A stretch of 41,714 nt of DNA, taken from a plasmid. Made by a program: the position numbers and the translations under genes. Shown piece by piece: positions 1 through 9,631 of the stretch; position 1 is the first letter of the stretch; each line of letters starts with the position of its first letter. Below the pieces are notes generated by a model. It did no database searches. It was given only the letters and a program-made list of their open reading frames with translations, and was not told the origin of the DNA. The DNA lies in the NCBI RefSeq assembly GCF_055900595.2, contig NZ_JBVWEU010000004.1, one strand, 5' to 3'.

Positions 1-867
1 ATGGGAAAGAGGTCAAGTTCAGTTCTCAATTATCCACTTGTGGATAAAGTGCAGATTTTTCCGGTGGATAAGTATCGCGATAGCTTGCAATTTCTGTTTT
101 CACTGTCATTATGGGTGGGTAAAAATTTACCCATAGGCATTGAAATGGATACTCAAGCACTCTTGCCAGCTACTAAAACGTTTAAAAAACGCGCCAGTAT
201 AAAGCAATCTAACGAATTGACCGAAGCTGCATATTACCTGCCTCTTCAGGCAAAACGTGTGCTGTGGTTATGCCTCATGCAGGCCTATTTTAATGACAGC
301 CAGGAAGATGACTCTGACGTATTGCCGCTCTTCAAAATCAGCGTTTCCGATTACGTCAAATACTTCAATGTCGCTACGTCTGTCGCCAGTCGTGATGTGA
401 AGGCTGGGGTAAATGCTCTGGGCGAATCAACGGTTACCTTTTATCCAAAAGAAGGTGAGTTTGAAGAAGTTAAACGTCCGTGGCTGGCTGAAGCAGGAAT
501 GAAGCGAGGCCGGGGTTCCTGGCAGATTGAATTTAACTACAAGGTCATGCCATTCCTGGTCGGCTTAACCTCCCAGTTCACTACCTATTCTCTCTATGAC
601 TGTGGCCAGCTTAATAGTGTTCGTGTCATCCGGCTTTATGAAAGCCTGTGTCAGTTCCGGAGCACTGGTGTCTGGATCACCACACATGACTGGTTATGTG
701 AAAGGTTTATGCTCCCTGCCTCGCAGAAAAACAATATTGCTGAAATGAAGCGTACCTTCCTGGAACCTGCTCTGAAGAAAATTAATGAGAAGACGCCATT
801 AAAGGTAACATATACCACTGAAGAAGATGGTCGCTTGCTGTTTAATTTTCTTGATAAAAAACAATAG
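1..867 (+). CDS. repA: Rep_3 family iteron-binding replication initiator (RepFIB-like), probably N-terminally partial at window edge
   Basis: 288-aa ORF starting at base 1. Its C-terminal third is about 60% identical to the rep fragment at 8449-8751. It is followed directly by 36-bp iterons. Confidence 0.75.
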   Translation: MGKRSSSVLNYPLVDKVQIFPVDKYRDSLQFLFSLSLWVGKNLPIGIEMDTQALLPATKTFKKRASIKQSNELTEAAYYLPLQAKRVLWLCLMQAYFNDSQEDDSDVLPLFKISVSDYVKYFNVATSVASRDVKAGVNALGESTVTFYPKEGEFEEVKRPWLAEAGMKRGRGSWQIEFNYKVMPFLVGLTSQFTTYSLYDCGQLNSVRVIRLYESLCQFRSTGVWITTHDWLCERFMLPASQKNNIAEMKRTFLEPALKKINEKTPLKVTYTTEEDGRLLFNFLDKKQ

Positions 868-920
868 TCTGTAATTTTTATTTCCTCCCCCCTTAGTTTG
901 TTGCTGACATATGGGGGGAT

Positions 921-1345
921 ACTGAACTTGCTGTGTTTCCCATAGTGCTTGCCTAACTTGACCTGTTTCCCACACTCCCGACCGTCCGAGAAGTTGACCT
1001 GTTTCCCATAGTCCGGGCCGTCCGAGAAGCTGACCTGTTTCCCTTAGTCCGGGCCGTCCGCGAAGTTGACCTGTTCCCCACACTCCCGGCCGCCCGCGAA
1101 GTTGACCTGTTTCCCACAGTCCGGGCCGTCTGCAAAGTTGACCTGTTTCCCACAGTCCCGGCCGCCCGCGAAGTTGACCTGTTTCCCATAATCCGGGCCG
1201 TCCGCGAAGTTGACCTGTTCCCCACACTCCCGGCCGCCCGTGAAGTTGACCTGTTTCCCATAGTCCGGGCCGTCCGCGAAGTTGACCTGTTTCCCATAGT
1301 CCGGAGCGTCCATTAAAGTTGACCTGTTTCCCACAGAGGATGGAA
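921..1345. repeat. Iteron array: eleven 36-bp direct repeats (core TTGACCTGTTTCCCA) plus one degenerate copy
   Basis: TTGACCT recurs at 958, 994, 1030, 1066 and so on to 1319 with 36-bp period. The long minus-strand ORFs here are repeat-translation artefacts. Confidence 0.85.
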
Positions 1346-1728
1346 AACTCTTCTTGTGCTGAGCGTAAGAGCTATCTGCCGGAACGGTTCCTCTTCGCTT
1401 CCTCGCCAGTTCGCTCGCTACGCTCGGTTACATGGCTGCGGCGAGCGCTGATACATAAGGCTCAGCATTGCACTGGTCGTAACTAAAATCAGAATCCTTC
1501 TGAATGACTCTCCTGTCTTGCAAGTTGAATACCTTTCTCAAAGCCCTTTTGTATGAGTTGCTGTTGATGGTCAAAAGTGCGTCTGCGTGTTGCTGCAGTG
1601 TGATTTAGTAGCACGCCCGTCGAGCTTCATCCCCCTTCTGTTGAGAGCGAAATCAAAACAATATGATTTTTTTTCTTGCAACATGACACTTTTTGTTCAA
1701 AATGACAAAAAACGTCATGAGGTGATAA

Positions 1729-2934
1729 ATGGACAATATTGAGCAGTTACGGAAAGTCGCTACACGTGCAGGTAAGCTTCTGACATCTTTGAGCGAAAGT
1801 ATCCGACAGCAAAAAGAGGAATTGAAGCTTACCGAGTTCTATCAGGAATACAGCAAAGCCGCTCTGTATAAGCTGCCTAAGCTCAGTAAAGGCAGTGTTG
1901 AGTATGCTGTGTCCGAAATGGAAGCCGGTGGCTACATTTTTAAAAAGAAACCTTCTGGTAATACGATGAAATACGCGATGACGATTCAGAATGTCATCGA
2001 TCTGTATAACCATCGTAAAGTACCGAAGTACAGGGATCGCTTCGATAAAGCCTTTACGATTTTTGTATGTAATCTTAAAGGTGGTGGTTCCAAGACAGTT
2101 TCTACCGCTTCATTATCACATGCTTTTCGAGCTCATCCTCAGCTTCTGTTCGAAGACCTGCGTATTCTGGCCATCGATTTCGATCCGCAGGCATCTCTGA
2201 CAATGTTCCTGAGCCATGAGAATTCAGTGGGCTTGGTTGAAAATACGGCTGCTCAGGCCATGCTCCAGAACGTGTCTCGTGAAGAATTACTTTCCGATTT
2301 TATAGTACCGTCTATTATCCCTGGTGTTGATGTAATCCCCGCTTCCATTGACGATGCATTCCTTGCTGAAGGCTGGAAGGGATTGTGTGAAGAACATCTG
2401 CCAGGGAAAAATATTCATGCGGTGCTTAAAGAGAACATTATCGACAAGCTCCAGCATGACTACGACTTTATTTTCCTTGATAGTGGTCCTCACCTTGATG
2501 CGTTCCTGAAAAACTGCATTGGGGCGGCAGACCTGATGTTGACCCCTCTTCCACCGGCGACGGTTGATTTTCATTCTTCCCTGAAGTTTGTGGCCAGCCT
2601 CCCTGCCCTCATAGATTCCATCGAAATGGATGGGCACACCTGCAATCTCATCGGTAATGTCGGCTTCATGTCCAAGATCCTGAACAAGTCTGATCACAAA
2701 ATTTGCCATAGTCAGGCCAAAGAGGTTTTCGGTGCCGATATGCTAGACATGGTTCTGCCAAGACTGGATGGTTTCGAACGTTGTGGGGAGACTTTTGACA
2801 CAGTTATTTCAGCAAATCCAGCAACCTATGATGGAAGTACAGAGGCACTAAAAAGCGCAAAATCAGCAGCGGAAGACTTTGCGAAGGCAGTCTTTGATCG
2901 CATCGAGTTCATTCGTACTAACGGAGGTATGTGA
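1729..2934 (+). CDS. parA: Type Ia partition ATPase ParA (P1 ParA/SopA-like)
   Basis: 401 aa with deviant Walker A KGGGSKT. It is followed by parB, whose start overlaps its stop. Confidence 0.9.
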   Translation: MDNIEQLRKVATRAGKLLTSLSESIRQQKEELKLTEFYQEYSKAALYKLPKLSKGSVEYAVSEMEAGGYIFKKKPSGNTMKYAMTIQNVIDLYNHRKVPKYRDRFDKAFTIFVCNLKGGGSKTVSTASLSHAFRAHPQLLFEDLRILAIDFDPQASLTMFLSHENSVGLVENTAAQAMLQNVSREELLSDFIVPSIIPGVDVIPASIDDAFLAEGWKGLCEEHLPGKNIHAVLKENIIDKLQHDYDFIFLDSGPHLDAFLKNCIGAADLMLTPLPPATVDFHSSLKFVASLPALIDSIEMDGHTCNLIGNVGFMSKILNKSDHKICHSQAKEVFGADMLDMVLPRLDGFERCGETFDTVISANPATYDGSTEALKSAKSAAEDFAKAVFDRIEFIRTNGGM

Positions 2935-3908
2935 TGTCGAATGAGAAAAGAAAAACCATCGGCAGACAGTTAAATACCCAGGCGTCAATTGCGGAAATGA
3001 CGGACACCGGTAGAAGCCAGGTATTTACCTTAAAAACCGGCAGGAAGGTAACGTTCAGGTTTGTTCGGGTGCCTGCATCTGAAGTTGAAAGTAAGACCTT
3101 CGTAAACCAGGAAAACAACGGAAGAGATCAACTTGCACTGACCAGGGAATCCCTGAAATCCATTATCCAGACGATTAAGTTTCAGCAGTTCTTTCCCTGT
3201 ATTGGTATTAAGCAAAGTGAAAGGATTGAGATACTGGATGGTTCAAGACGGCGAGCCTCAGCAATTTTTGTCCGTACAGGCCTTGATGTAATGGTTACCG
3301 AAGAGCATTTATCAGCTGATGAAGCTCGCCAACTGGCTAAAGATATCCAGACAGCTAAAGAACATAATCTTCGGGAGATTGGCCTGAGATTGATCGCTCT
3401 TAAAGAGTCCGGATTTAATCAAAAGGAAATTGCTGAACTGGAGGGGTTATCTCAAGCTAAAGTTACCAGGGCGCTGCAGGCGGCGGCCGTACCGCAAGAC
3501 TTGATTTCTCTGTTCCCGGTTCAGTCGGAGCTATCGTTTAGTGACTATAAACTTCTTTTAGAAGTTAATGAAAAACTCAGTGAAAAGGGATTAACGCCTG
3601 AAGAACTCATTCAGTCTGTATCAGCTCAGCTCGATGCAATTTTGAGTGAAGGCGAGCGACCAGAAGACGAACAGAAAGCCAGTATACTGAAGCTGATTTC
3701 TCAGGCATCTCAGGCATTGATAGATCCATCTCCCAAGGAAAAGTCAGTGGTTTCCCCACTCTGGTCTTTTGAAGAAAAGGACAAGTTCGCGCGTAAGCGT
3801 GTGAAAGGGCGTACGCTGACTTATGAGTTTAGCCGTATGTCAAAAGTGATTCAGGATGAACTGGACAAGGCTATCAACGAGGTCCTTGACAGAAATTTGA
3901 GTCAATAA
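2934..3908 (+). CDS. parB: Partition protein ParB (P1-type centromere-binding)
   Basis: 324 aa with the ParB-box-like ILDGSRRRASA motif and an HTH region. Its ATG overlaps the parA TGA. A GTG at 2931 is also in frame. Confidence 0.85.
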   Translation: MSNEKRKTIGRQLNTQASIAEMTDTGRSQVFTLKTGRKVTFRFVRVPASEVESKTFVNQENNGRDQLALTRESLKSIIQTIKFQQFFPCIGIKQSERIEILDGSRRRASAIFVRTGLDVMVTEEHLSADEARQLAKDIQTAKEHNLREIGLRLIALKESGFNQKEIAELEGLSQAKVTRALQAAAVPQDLISLFPVQSELSFSDYKLLLEVNEKLSEKGLTPEELIQSVSAQLDAILSEGERPEDEQKASILKLISQASQALIDPSPKEKSVVSPLWSFEEKDKFARKRVKGRTLTYEFSRMSKVIQDELDKAINEVLDRNLSQ

Positions 3909-3988
3909 TTTCGCCATGGCGATTTCACATCTAACTTATTGTAATTAGGCAGTTTAGGCTGAGAATTTCAAGGTGAAATCGCCAAAGT
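3909..3988. promoter_or_regulatory. parS: P1-type parS centromere
   Basis: Left arm TCGCCA / TGGCGA / ATTTCAC at 3911-3928 and right arm GTGAAAT / TCGCCA at 3973-3984. The arms are inverted around a roughly 45-bp AT-rich spacer, where IHF would be expected to bind. The site lies immediately downstream of parB. Confidence 0.75.
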
Positions 3989-3989
3989 T

Positions 3990-5261
3990 TTACGCCAGTT
4001 TCGCTGAAGGAATATCTGACCATCGTGTCGTATAAGCAGGAGAAAGCATCTCCCGTTTCATCTGCCATTCCGGGGCAATACCCCGCCCCGCAAACCATAC
4101 TTTACCCAGCCCTGAGTTGTTGATCCCGTCCAGAACCTTCATCAGCTCAGCACTGTAAGGGCGTGGCGGGCGTTCGTCGAACAGCTGCAGCTGCGAAACG
4201 CCGGAGCCGGTGAAGTCATTCAGCATAACTCCGGCTTTGGCATACCGGTGCCCATCCCTCCAGATACGCTCCAGAGCCGTTGTAGCGGCTGCAATGATGT
4301 CCCTGGTGTCCTGAGTGGGTGTAAGAAGTTTTTCCGTAGCCACGTTGCCGTAGTAAGGCTCTTTAATGGCGAACGGAGACGTTTTGATGAAAACGGAAAT
4401 ATGCCGGCAATACTGGTGCTCTTTACGCAGTTTTTCAGAGGCCCGCTCTGCGTGCTGACAGATAGCCTGACGGAGTGACTCGTACTCCGTGATCTTCACG
4501 CCAAAACTGCGGCTGCAGACAATTTGCTGTTTCGTCGGAGGGGCTTCCTCAAGCGAAAGGCAGCTTTCCCCGTTCAGTTCCCGTACCGTTCGCTCAAGGA
4601 CCACAGAAAAATTTTTGCGGATGAAGGCCGGGTTCGTCAGGGCGAGATCGAGCGCGGTCTTAATGCCCAGTACATTCAGCTTGCGTGCAATACGGTTACC
4701 CACCCCCCAGATTTCTTCAACCGGCTGCAGTGAAAGCAGTTTCCGCGTTCTCTGCGGATTTCCCCTGGTCAGAGCAAGTACGCCACGAAACTGTTTCCAC
4801 TCTTTTGAGGCCCACTGGGCTGATTTTGCGAGGGTCTTCGTTGGTCCGGCGCCCACGCCAATGGTCAGGTGGGTACAGTCATACACGTGCTGACGCAGCT
4901 GCCGGCCGAAGTCCTCAAGCTCCATACAGTGCTCCACGCCGGTCAAATCGAGGAACATCTCATCAATTGAATACTGTTCCACTCTGGGGGCCAGTTCCTC
5001 CAGGCTGTTCATCACGCGCGCCAACATCGAGGCATAAAGTTCATAGTTACTTGAAAACGCATATATTTTTTCCGGGTATCTTTCGTTTTTTATCTGAAAC
5101 CACGGAGTTTCCATTTTGATCCAGGGCTTCGCCTCGGCACTGCGAGCGATTACATTCCCGTCGTTGTTGCTCAGGACGACTATCGGCTTTCCTTTCAAAT
5201 CCGGGCGGAAAACACGTTCACAGCTGGCATAGAAGCTGTTCACATCGGCCAGGGCAAACAT
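3990..5261 (-). CDS. umuC: Y-family translesion DNA polymerase V catalytic subunit UmuC
   Basis: 423 aa with N-terminal [15 protein letters not shown] and an IMS/UmuC fold signature. Confidence 0.92.
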   Translation of the reverse strand: MFALADVNSFYASCERVFRPDLKGKPIVVLSNNDGNVIARSAEAKPWIKMETPWFQIKNERYPEKIYAFSSNYELYASMLARVMNSLEELAPRVEQYSIDEMFLDLTGVEHCMELEDFGRQLRQHVYDCTHLTIGVGAGPTKTLAKSAQWASKEWKQFRGVLALTRGNPQRTRKLLSLQPVEEIWGVGNRIARKLNVLGIKTALDLALTNPAFIRKNFSVVLERTVRELNGESCLSLEEAPPTKQQIVCSRSFGVKITEYESLRQAICQHAERASEKLRKEHQYCRHISVFIKTSPFAIKEPYYGNVATEKLLTPTQDTRDIIAAATTALERIWRDGHRYAKAGVMLNDFTGSGVSQLQLFDERPPRPYSAELMKVLDGINNSGLGKVWFAGRGIAPEWQMKREMLSPAYTTRWSDIPSAKLA

Positions 5262-5692
5262 CAGTACATCTCCCTCGGGCGGTGGATGATATGCGTGACG
5301 ACGCCAAAGATATCCAGCTCGTCGGGATCAGGATAAATCGGCGACCAGGAGGCATTCATGGGCTGCAGCGTCAGTCGCGGCGTCAGCAGAAGCCGTTTCA
5401 CCGTAAACTCCCCCTGCATGCTGGCGACAACGATATCGCCGTGCCGCGGCTTTTCAGCACTGTCCACAACCAGCAGATCGCCATTGTACAGACTGCCGTC
5501 GGCCATGCTGTCTCCGCTGGCACGCAGGTAGTACGTCGCGCTCGGATGCCGTATGCAGTAATCATGGAGATCCAGATCGGACTCGACATAGTCAGCAGCA
5601 GGGCTGGGAAAACCGCAGCTGGCCAGATCGGCAAACAATGGATGGGCCTGTGGCGGGAGTTCTTTCCCGGTGCTGAAAAGTTGTAGTTTCAT
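5261..5692 (-). CDS. umuD: UmuD (LexA-like S24 peptidase, Pol V accessory subunit)
   Basis: 143 aa from MKLQLF with an SG...K catalytic pattern. It overlaps umuC by 1 nt. RBS GGAGGAAAG lies upstream. The 270-aa ORF in the track is an upstream extension artefact. Confidence 0.9.
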   Translation of the reverse strand: MKLQLFSTGKELPPQAHPLFADLASCGFPSPAADYVESDLDLHDYCIRHPSATYYLRASGDSMADGSLYNGDLLVVDSAEKPRHGDIVVASMQGEFTVKRLLLTPRLTLQPMNASWSPIYPDPDELDIFGVVTHIIHRPREMY

Positions 5693-5715
5693 CTTTCCTC
5701 CTGACACTCTAATTT

Positions 5716-5735
5716 TACTGGTTATACATACAGTG
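5716..5735. promoter_or_regulatory. LexA (SOS) box of umuDC: TACTGgttatacataCAGtg
   Basis: CTG-N10-CAG palindrome about 25 bp upstream of the umuD start. Confidence 0.75.
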
Positions 5736-6220
5736 CTCACCGGGAGACCGGTAGAGATCAAGGGGTGAAAGTCCCCGACCATTGAAGGACCAGCAATCCA
5801 CAAGGTCCCCGAGTCATGCGTTGCATACCGCGAGGTATGGGGCGAAGCGTTGACAGGGGTGTTGACAGGCCAGCCATTGAGCCACGAAATGTATATTAAA
5901 TTACCGGGTGCCGACGTTGTACTGTTAACGGAAGGCAACATCATAGGGTGCGATACTGCGAGTGCCACATGGACCCGGCGGGGTCTGAGACCCTGGCATG
6001 TCAATACGATCTCTACGCGGGAACCGGGAGATCTCCCCTCTGACCATCTGCCAGTGTCGGAGACGGCCCGCACCGGGAAGACGAGGAGTCATAGCCGGTG
6101 ATGTACGGAGAGGAGAAGTCGGACTCGCTCATAGTAGCGGCGAAGCAGGCGAACAACCCGAAAGGAGCGGAGTCAGTGGAGCGAAGGAGCGGGGCCAAGG
6201 GGAACGCGGAACAGCCACAC

Positions 6221-7585
6221 ATGCGCCGGACACAGAGCCGGGAAAGCATGTCACAGAGGCTGTCACGCGTGCGGGAAGCTGCGAAGCAGCGGAAGAAAGA
6301 ACGGTTTACAGCATTGTTCCACCTGCTGACAGTCGAAGCACTGGAAGCCGCATTCCTCTCCCTGAGCAGGAAAGCGGCCGCCGGAGTGGATGGCATCAGG
6401 TGGATGGACTACGCCGGAAACATGAAGAACAACATAACAGATCTGCACCGGAGGCTACATTAGGGCAGCTACAGGGCGCAGCCCGGCAGGCGTCACTACA
6501 TCCCAAAAGCGGATGGAAAACAACGCCCGCTCGGCATCGCCTCGCTGGAGGACAAGATCGTCCAGTATGCGCTGGTGAAAATCCTGAACGCAGTCTATGA
6601 AAACGACTTTATGGGGTTCTCATACGGGTTCAGACCCGGGCGAAGCCAGCACGATGCACTGGACGCACTGGCCACAGGGCTGGTACGCACTAACGTAAAC
6701 TGGGTACTGGATGCCGACATCAGTCAGTTCTTCGACAGGGTGAGCCACGAATGGCTGATCAGGTTCACAGAGCATCGGATCGGCGACCGGAGCGTAATCA
6801 GGCTCATACGTAAGTGGCTCACAGCCGGGACGTTGGAGGAGGGTCAATGGCGAGCAACGGAGGAAGGCACCCCACAGGGTGCGGTCATCTCACCGCTGCT
6901 GGCAAACATATACCTCCACTACGTCTTCGATCTGTGGGCGCATCAGTGGCGACGTCGCTATGCCACAGGCAATGTGGTAATGGTCAGATACGCCGATGAC
7001 ATCGTCATCGGGTTCGACAAACGATACGATGCCCGGCGCTTCCGTATAGCCATGCAGCGCAGACTGAGGGAGTTCGGACTCACGGTTCACCCGGAGAAAA
7101 CCCGTCTGATGGAGTTCGGCCGCTTCGCTGCCGAAAACCGTGCCATCAGGGGAAAAGGCAAACCAGAAACGTTCAACTTCCTCGGGTTCACGCACATCAG
7201 CGGGAAAGATCGCAACGGCAGGTTCATGCTGATACGAAAGACCCGCCGGGATCGGATGACGGCAACTCTGAAAGCCATCAAAGACGGTCTGCGAAGGCGC
7301 TGGCATTACTCAATCCCCGAACAGGGAAAATGGCTCAGGAGAGTGGTTCAGGGATACCTGAACTATCACTCGGTACCGGGCAACTTCCCCACCATGCAGA
7401 AGTTCAGGACACACGTAACAAACCTCTGGCGCCGGGCGCTCAGGCGCAGGAGCCAGAAGGATGATACGACCTGGACGAAAGCAAACAAACTGGCAGCCGC
7501 ATGGCTACCAAGGGTTCGGGTTCTTCATCCATGGCCTGTGGAGCGGTTCACCGCCAGACACCCGAGGCAGGAGCCCGGTGCGTAA
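6221..7585 (+). pseudogene. Intron-encoded reverse transcriptase/maturase, interrupted by an in-frame TAG at 6461-6463
   Basis: ORFs 6098-6463 and 6575-7585 are in the same frame. The join reads ...DLHRRLH*GSYRAQPGRRHYIPKADGKQRPLGI..., which is contiguous RT domain 0 to 1. Confidence 0.7.
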
Positions 7586-7606
7586 ATCGCGCACGCCGGG
7601 ATCTGT

Positions 7607-7640
7607 GCGGGGGGTATCCGGTAACGGGTATCCCTACCGC
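7607..7640 (+). ncRNA. Group II intron ribozyme domain V
   Basis: gcggggggtatccg-GTAA-cgggtatccc-ta-ccgc: 14-bp stem, GNRA tetraloop and a 2-nt 3' bulge, 34 nt in total. It lies 22 nt after the IEP stop. Confidence 0.6.
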
Positions 7641-7736
7641 GACATATTTAACAGCGTGACGATAATCCAGATCGCCTGCCGGATAATGGTGCCAACTTAC
7701 TGATTTAGTGTACGATGGTGTCTTTGAGGTGCTCCA

Positions 7737-8012
7737 GTGGCTTCCATCTCCATCAGTTGTCCCTCCTGCTCAGCTACTGAAGGCGTGGTGCGTAACGGTA
7801 AAAGTACTGCCGGACATCAGCGCTATCTCTGCTCTCACTGCCGTAAAACATGGCAGCTACAGTTCACTTACACCGCCTCTCAGCCCGGTACGCACCAGAA
7901 AATCATTGATATGGCCATGAATGGCGTTGGATGCCGGGCAACCGCCCGCATTATGGGCGTTGGCCTCAACACGATTTTACGTCACTTAAAAAACTCAGAC
8001 CGCAGTCGGTAA
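7737..8012 (+). CDS. insA: IS1 InsA
   Basis: 91 aa, [30 protein letters not shown]... Confidence 0.9.
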   Translation: MASISISCPSCSATEGVVRNGKSTAGHQRYLCSHCRKTWQLQFTYTASQPGTHQKIIDMAMNGVGCRATARIMGVGLNTILRHLKNSDRSR

Positions 8013-8434
8013 CCTCACGCATACAACCGGGCAGTGACGTCATTGTCTGCGCGGAAATGGACGAACAGTGGGGCTACGTCGGGGCTAAATCACGTCAGCG
8101 CTGGTTATTTTACGCCTATGGCAGGATGTGCAGGACGGTGGTGGCACGCGTCTTTGGTGAGCGTACTCTGGCCACGCTGGAGCGTCTTCCGGGCCTGCTG
8201 TCGGCCTTTGAGGTCGTGGTATGGATGACGGATGGCTGGCCGCTTTATGAATCCCGCCTGAAGGGAGAACTGCACGTTATCAGCAAGCGATATACGCAGC
8301 GAATTGAGCGGCATAACCAGAATCTGAGGCAGCATCTGGCAAGGCTGGGCAGGAAGTCACTGTCGTTCTCAAAATCGGTGGCGCTGCATGACAAAGTCAT
8401 CGGGCATTATCTGAACATAAAACACTATCAGTAA
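7931..8434 (+). CDS. insB: IS1 InsB reading frame (expressed as an InsAB' frameshift product)
   Basis: 167-aa ORF overlapping insA in the -1 frame. Confidence 0.85.
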   Translation: MPGNRPHYGRWPQHDFTSLKKLRPQSVTSRIQPGSDVIVCAEMDEQWGYVGAKSRQRWLFYAYGRMCRTVVARVFGERTLATLERLPGLLSAFEVVVWMTDGWPLYESRLKGELHVISKRYTQRIERHNQNLRQHLARLGRKSLSFSKSVALHDKVIGHYLNIKHYQ

Positions 8435-8448
8435 GTTGGAGTCATTAC

Positions 8449-8751
8449 CAACCAGTTCACCACCTACTCGCTCCGCGATTGTGGCAGTCTTCGAAATCCC
8501 CGGACGATCCGCCTTTATGAAAGTCTTGCTCAATTCAAATCTTCAGGCTTATGGGTTACTACTCATGCTTGGTTAAATGACCGTTTCGTCTTACCGGAAT
8601 CCCAGCAGAAGAACTTGGCAGAGTTGAAACGATCTTTCCTTGATCCTGCACTCAAGCAGATAAATGAGAAAACACCTTTACTTGCTAAGTATAGTATTGA
8701 TGATTCAGGAAAATTTCTGTTCTCAATAATTGATAAGCAAAATCCCGTCTG
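8449..8751 (+). pseudogene. 3' fragment (about 100 codons) of a second Rep_3 initiator gene, truncated by IS1
   Basis: Translation QFTTYSLRDCGSLRNPRTIRLYESLAQFKSSGLWVTTHAWL...INEKTPLLAKYSIDDSGKFLFSIIDKQ aligns to the C-terminus of the rep gene at 1-867. Confidence 0.8.
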
Positions 8752-8794
8752 ACATAAATCAGCACACATGAGCCTGTCATTTGACAAATTTTTG

Positions 8795-9165
8795 TCATGA
8801 AGATGGGCGGATTTCCACACAGCACCGGCGCCCGGTAAGGTGGGCGGATTCCCACACGGCACCGGCGCCCGGCAAGATGGGCGGATTTCCACACAGCACC
8901 GGCGCCCGGTAAGGTGGGCGGATTTCCACACAGCACCGGCGCCCGGCAAGGTGGGCGGATTCCCACACGGCACCGGCGCCCGGCAAGATGGGCGGATTTC
9001 CACACAGCACCGGCGCCCGGTAAGGTGGGCGGATTTCCACACAGCACCGGCGCCCGGCAAGGTGGGCGGATTCCCACACGGCACCGGCGCGCGGCAAGGT
9101 GGGCGGATTTCCACACGGCACCGGCGCCCGGCAAGGTGGGCCGATTCCCATATCGACATGTATGT
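8795..9165. repeat. Iteron array of the truncated replicon: ten 37-bp direct repeats (GGGCGGATTTCCACAC core)
   Basis: GGGCGG recurs at 8805, 8842, 8879 and so on to 9138. The long overlapping ORFs here are artefacts. Confidence 0.85.
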
Positions 9166-9631
9166 AGCTTGTGTTATCTGTGGATTGTGCAGCTCAGCGG
9201 GTCGCTGGTCGTATGGCGGAGTGTCCCCCGTAACCGGCCGCGTGCGGCCGCTAACGCGCAGTACGGCGCCGCGTCCCGCAGACGGGCCGCCGTTCCCGCG
9301 CGCAGCACTGCGCACCCCCGTGGGGGACGTACGGCAGCTGCGTGGCGGTGAGCGGGATTAGGGCTTTGCAGCTACCGTGTTAAGTTCCCTGGTGTCGCTG
9401 AAATAGTTGATGAACATCCCCCTAAGCGTCAGCAGCAAGCTGCCGCCGCTTAGGCCCCGGAAATCACGCCCTTTACGTCGTAAACGCCGTAAAGCCCGCT
9501 CACCGGGGTTAAAAGGGATTACTTTGACTTCTTCATTGCTGTTCGCGAGTTAAGGCTAATCAGGGCAGGGGGTAGGGTGGCAGAATTTATAGCCCGGCAA
9601 CCGGCTACGCCGGGCTTTCGGCGCCATTTTA

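Larger units (their letters stand above)
5736..7681 (+). mobile_element. Bacterial group II intron (RT/maturase-encoding, no endonuclease domain). Boundaries are approximate.
   Basis: The intron-encoded protein has RT motifs (YADD) and a maturase X domain. A 34-nt domain V hairpin lies at 7607-7640. The predicted 5' region lies about 500 bp before the IEP start. The 3' side is abutted by IS1. Confidence 0.75.
7682..8448 (+). mobile_element. IS1: IS1 (variant), complete
   Basis: Terminal IRs GATAATGGTGCCAACTTACTGAT ... GTTGGAGTCATTACC enclose insA and insB. No 9-bp target duplication is present. Confidence 0.9.

Noticed and set aside
799-1334. Three long overlapping minus-strand ORFs (96-142 aa) with repetitive GRPGLWETGQLRGR-type sequence
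   Set aside because: They lie entirely within the 36-bp iteron array. The periodic amino-acid repeats are translations of DNA repeats, with no RBS and no independent support.
5261-6073. 270-aa minus-strand ORF extending umuD upstream through the SOS box into the intron
   Set aside because: The real umuD starts at the internal ATG at 5692 with an RBS. The upstream extension would read through the LexA operator and intron DNA.
5998-6600. 200-aa plus-strand ORF and other short ORFs within intron domains I-IV
   Set aside because: They lie in structured ribozyme RNA upstream of or overlapping the genuine RT frame. No RBS. Composition is typical of GC-rich non-coding sequence.
921-9165. Possibility that the two direct-repeat arrays are CRISPR arrays
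   Set aside because: The repeats are contiguous with no unique spacers between them. Each array sits next to a Rep_3 gene, which is typical of iterons. There are no cas genes.
8563-9361. Four overlapping ORFs (118-250 aa) on both strands with repetitive proline/arginine-rich sequence
   Set aside because: Translation of the ten 37-bp iterons. The same repeat artefact as at 799-1334.
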